From the NCBI GenBank assembly GCA_965235115.1, contig OZ249436.1, forward strand, positions 9,364,001-9,428,000: a stretch of 64,000 nt of DNA, read 5' to 3'. Of this stretch, positions 63,924 to 64,000 are shown one piece after another; the stretch's first letter is position 1; every line of letters begins with the position of its first letter. The stretch is from Laetmonice hystrix (taxonomy: Eukaryota). Both the position numbers and the translations under genes were made by a program. The notes beneath the pieces were generated by a model, which was not told where the DNA came from, searched no databases, and saw only the letters and a program-made list of their open reading frames with translations.

Positions 63924-64000
63924 CAGTGGCGGATCCAGGGGGGCCCACCCGGCCCGGCCCCCCTATTTTCCAAACTCTTGCCTATTTTCTATGTTTCATG
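63924..64000. mobile_element. Left end of a CAGTGGCGGATCCAG-type MITE, cut by the window edge
   Basis: CAGTGGCGGATCCAGGGGGG...CCCCCC terminus. The partner TIR is not in the window. Confidence 0.45.

Overview
This is animal genomic DNA, probably a marine invertebrate (inferred from the repeat families), with no prokaryotic features. Only two protein-coding exons are well supported. Both are first coding exons of PMP22/claudin-superfamily tetraspan proteins and are arranged head-to-head about 44 kb apart. One is a stargazin/TARP (CACNG5/7-like) exon on the minus strand (19384-19192); the other is a claudin-like exon on the plus strand (63574-63808). Each ends in a phase-1 GTAAG donor after the GLWRxC motif. 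The rest is intron or intergenic sequence. About 24 mutually unrelated minisatellite arrays (17-82 bp units) cover roughly 15 kb and account for nearly all the long ORFs in the track. There are several non-autonomous DNA transposons: pogo/Tigger-type, nested Harbinger-type, Kolobok-type and Helentron/HINE-like. The most notable is a young 2.75-kb element with CACTGTG termini, 236-bp TIRs and a 5-bp TSD, which is Transib-like. Many heavily decayed LINE reverse-transcriptase relics are also present. All family assignments are by eye; no searches were run.
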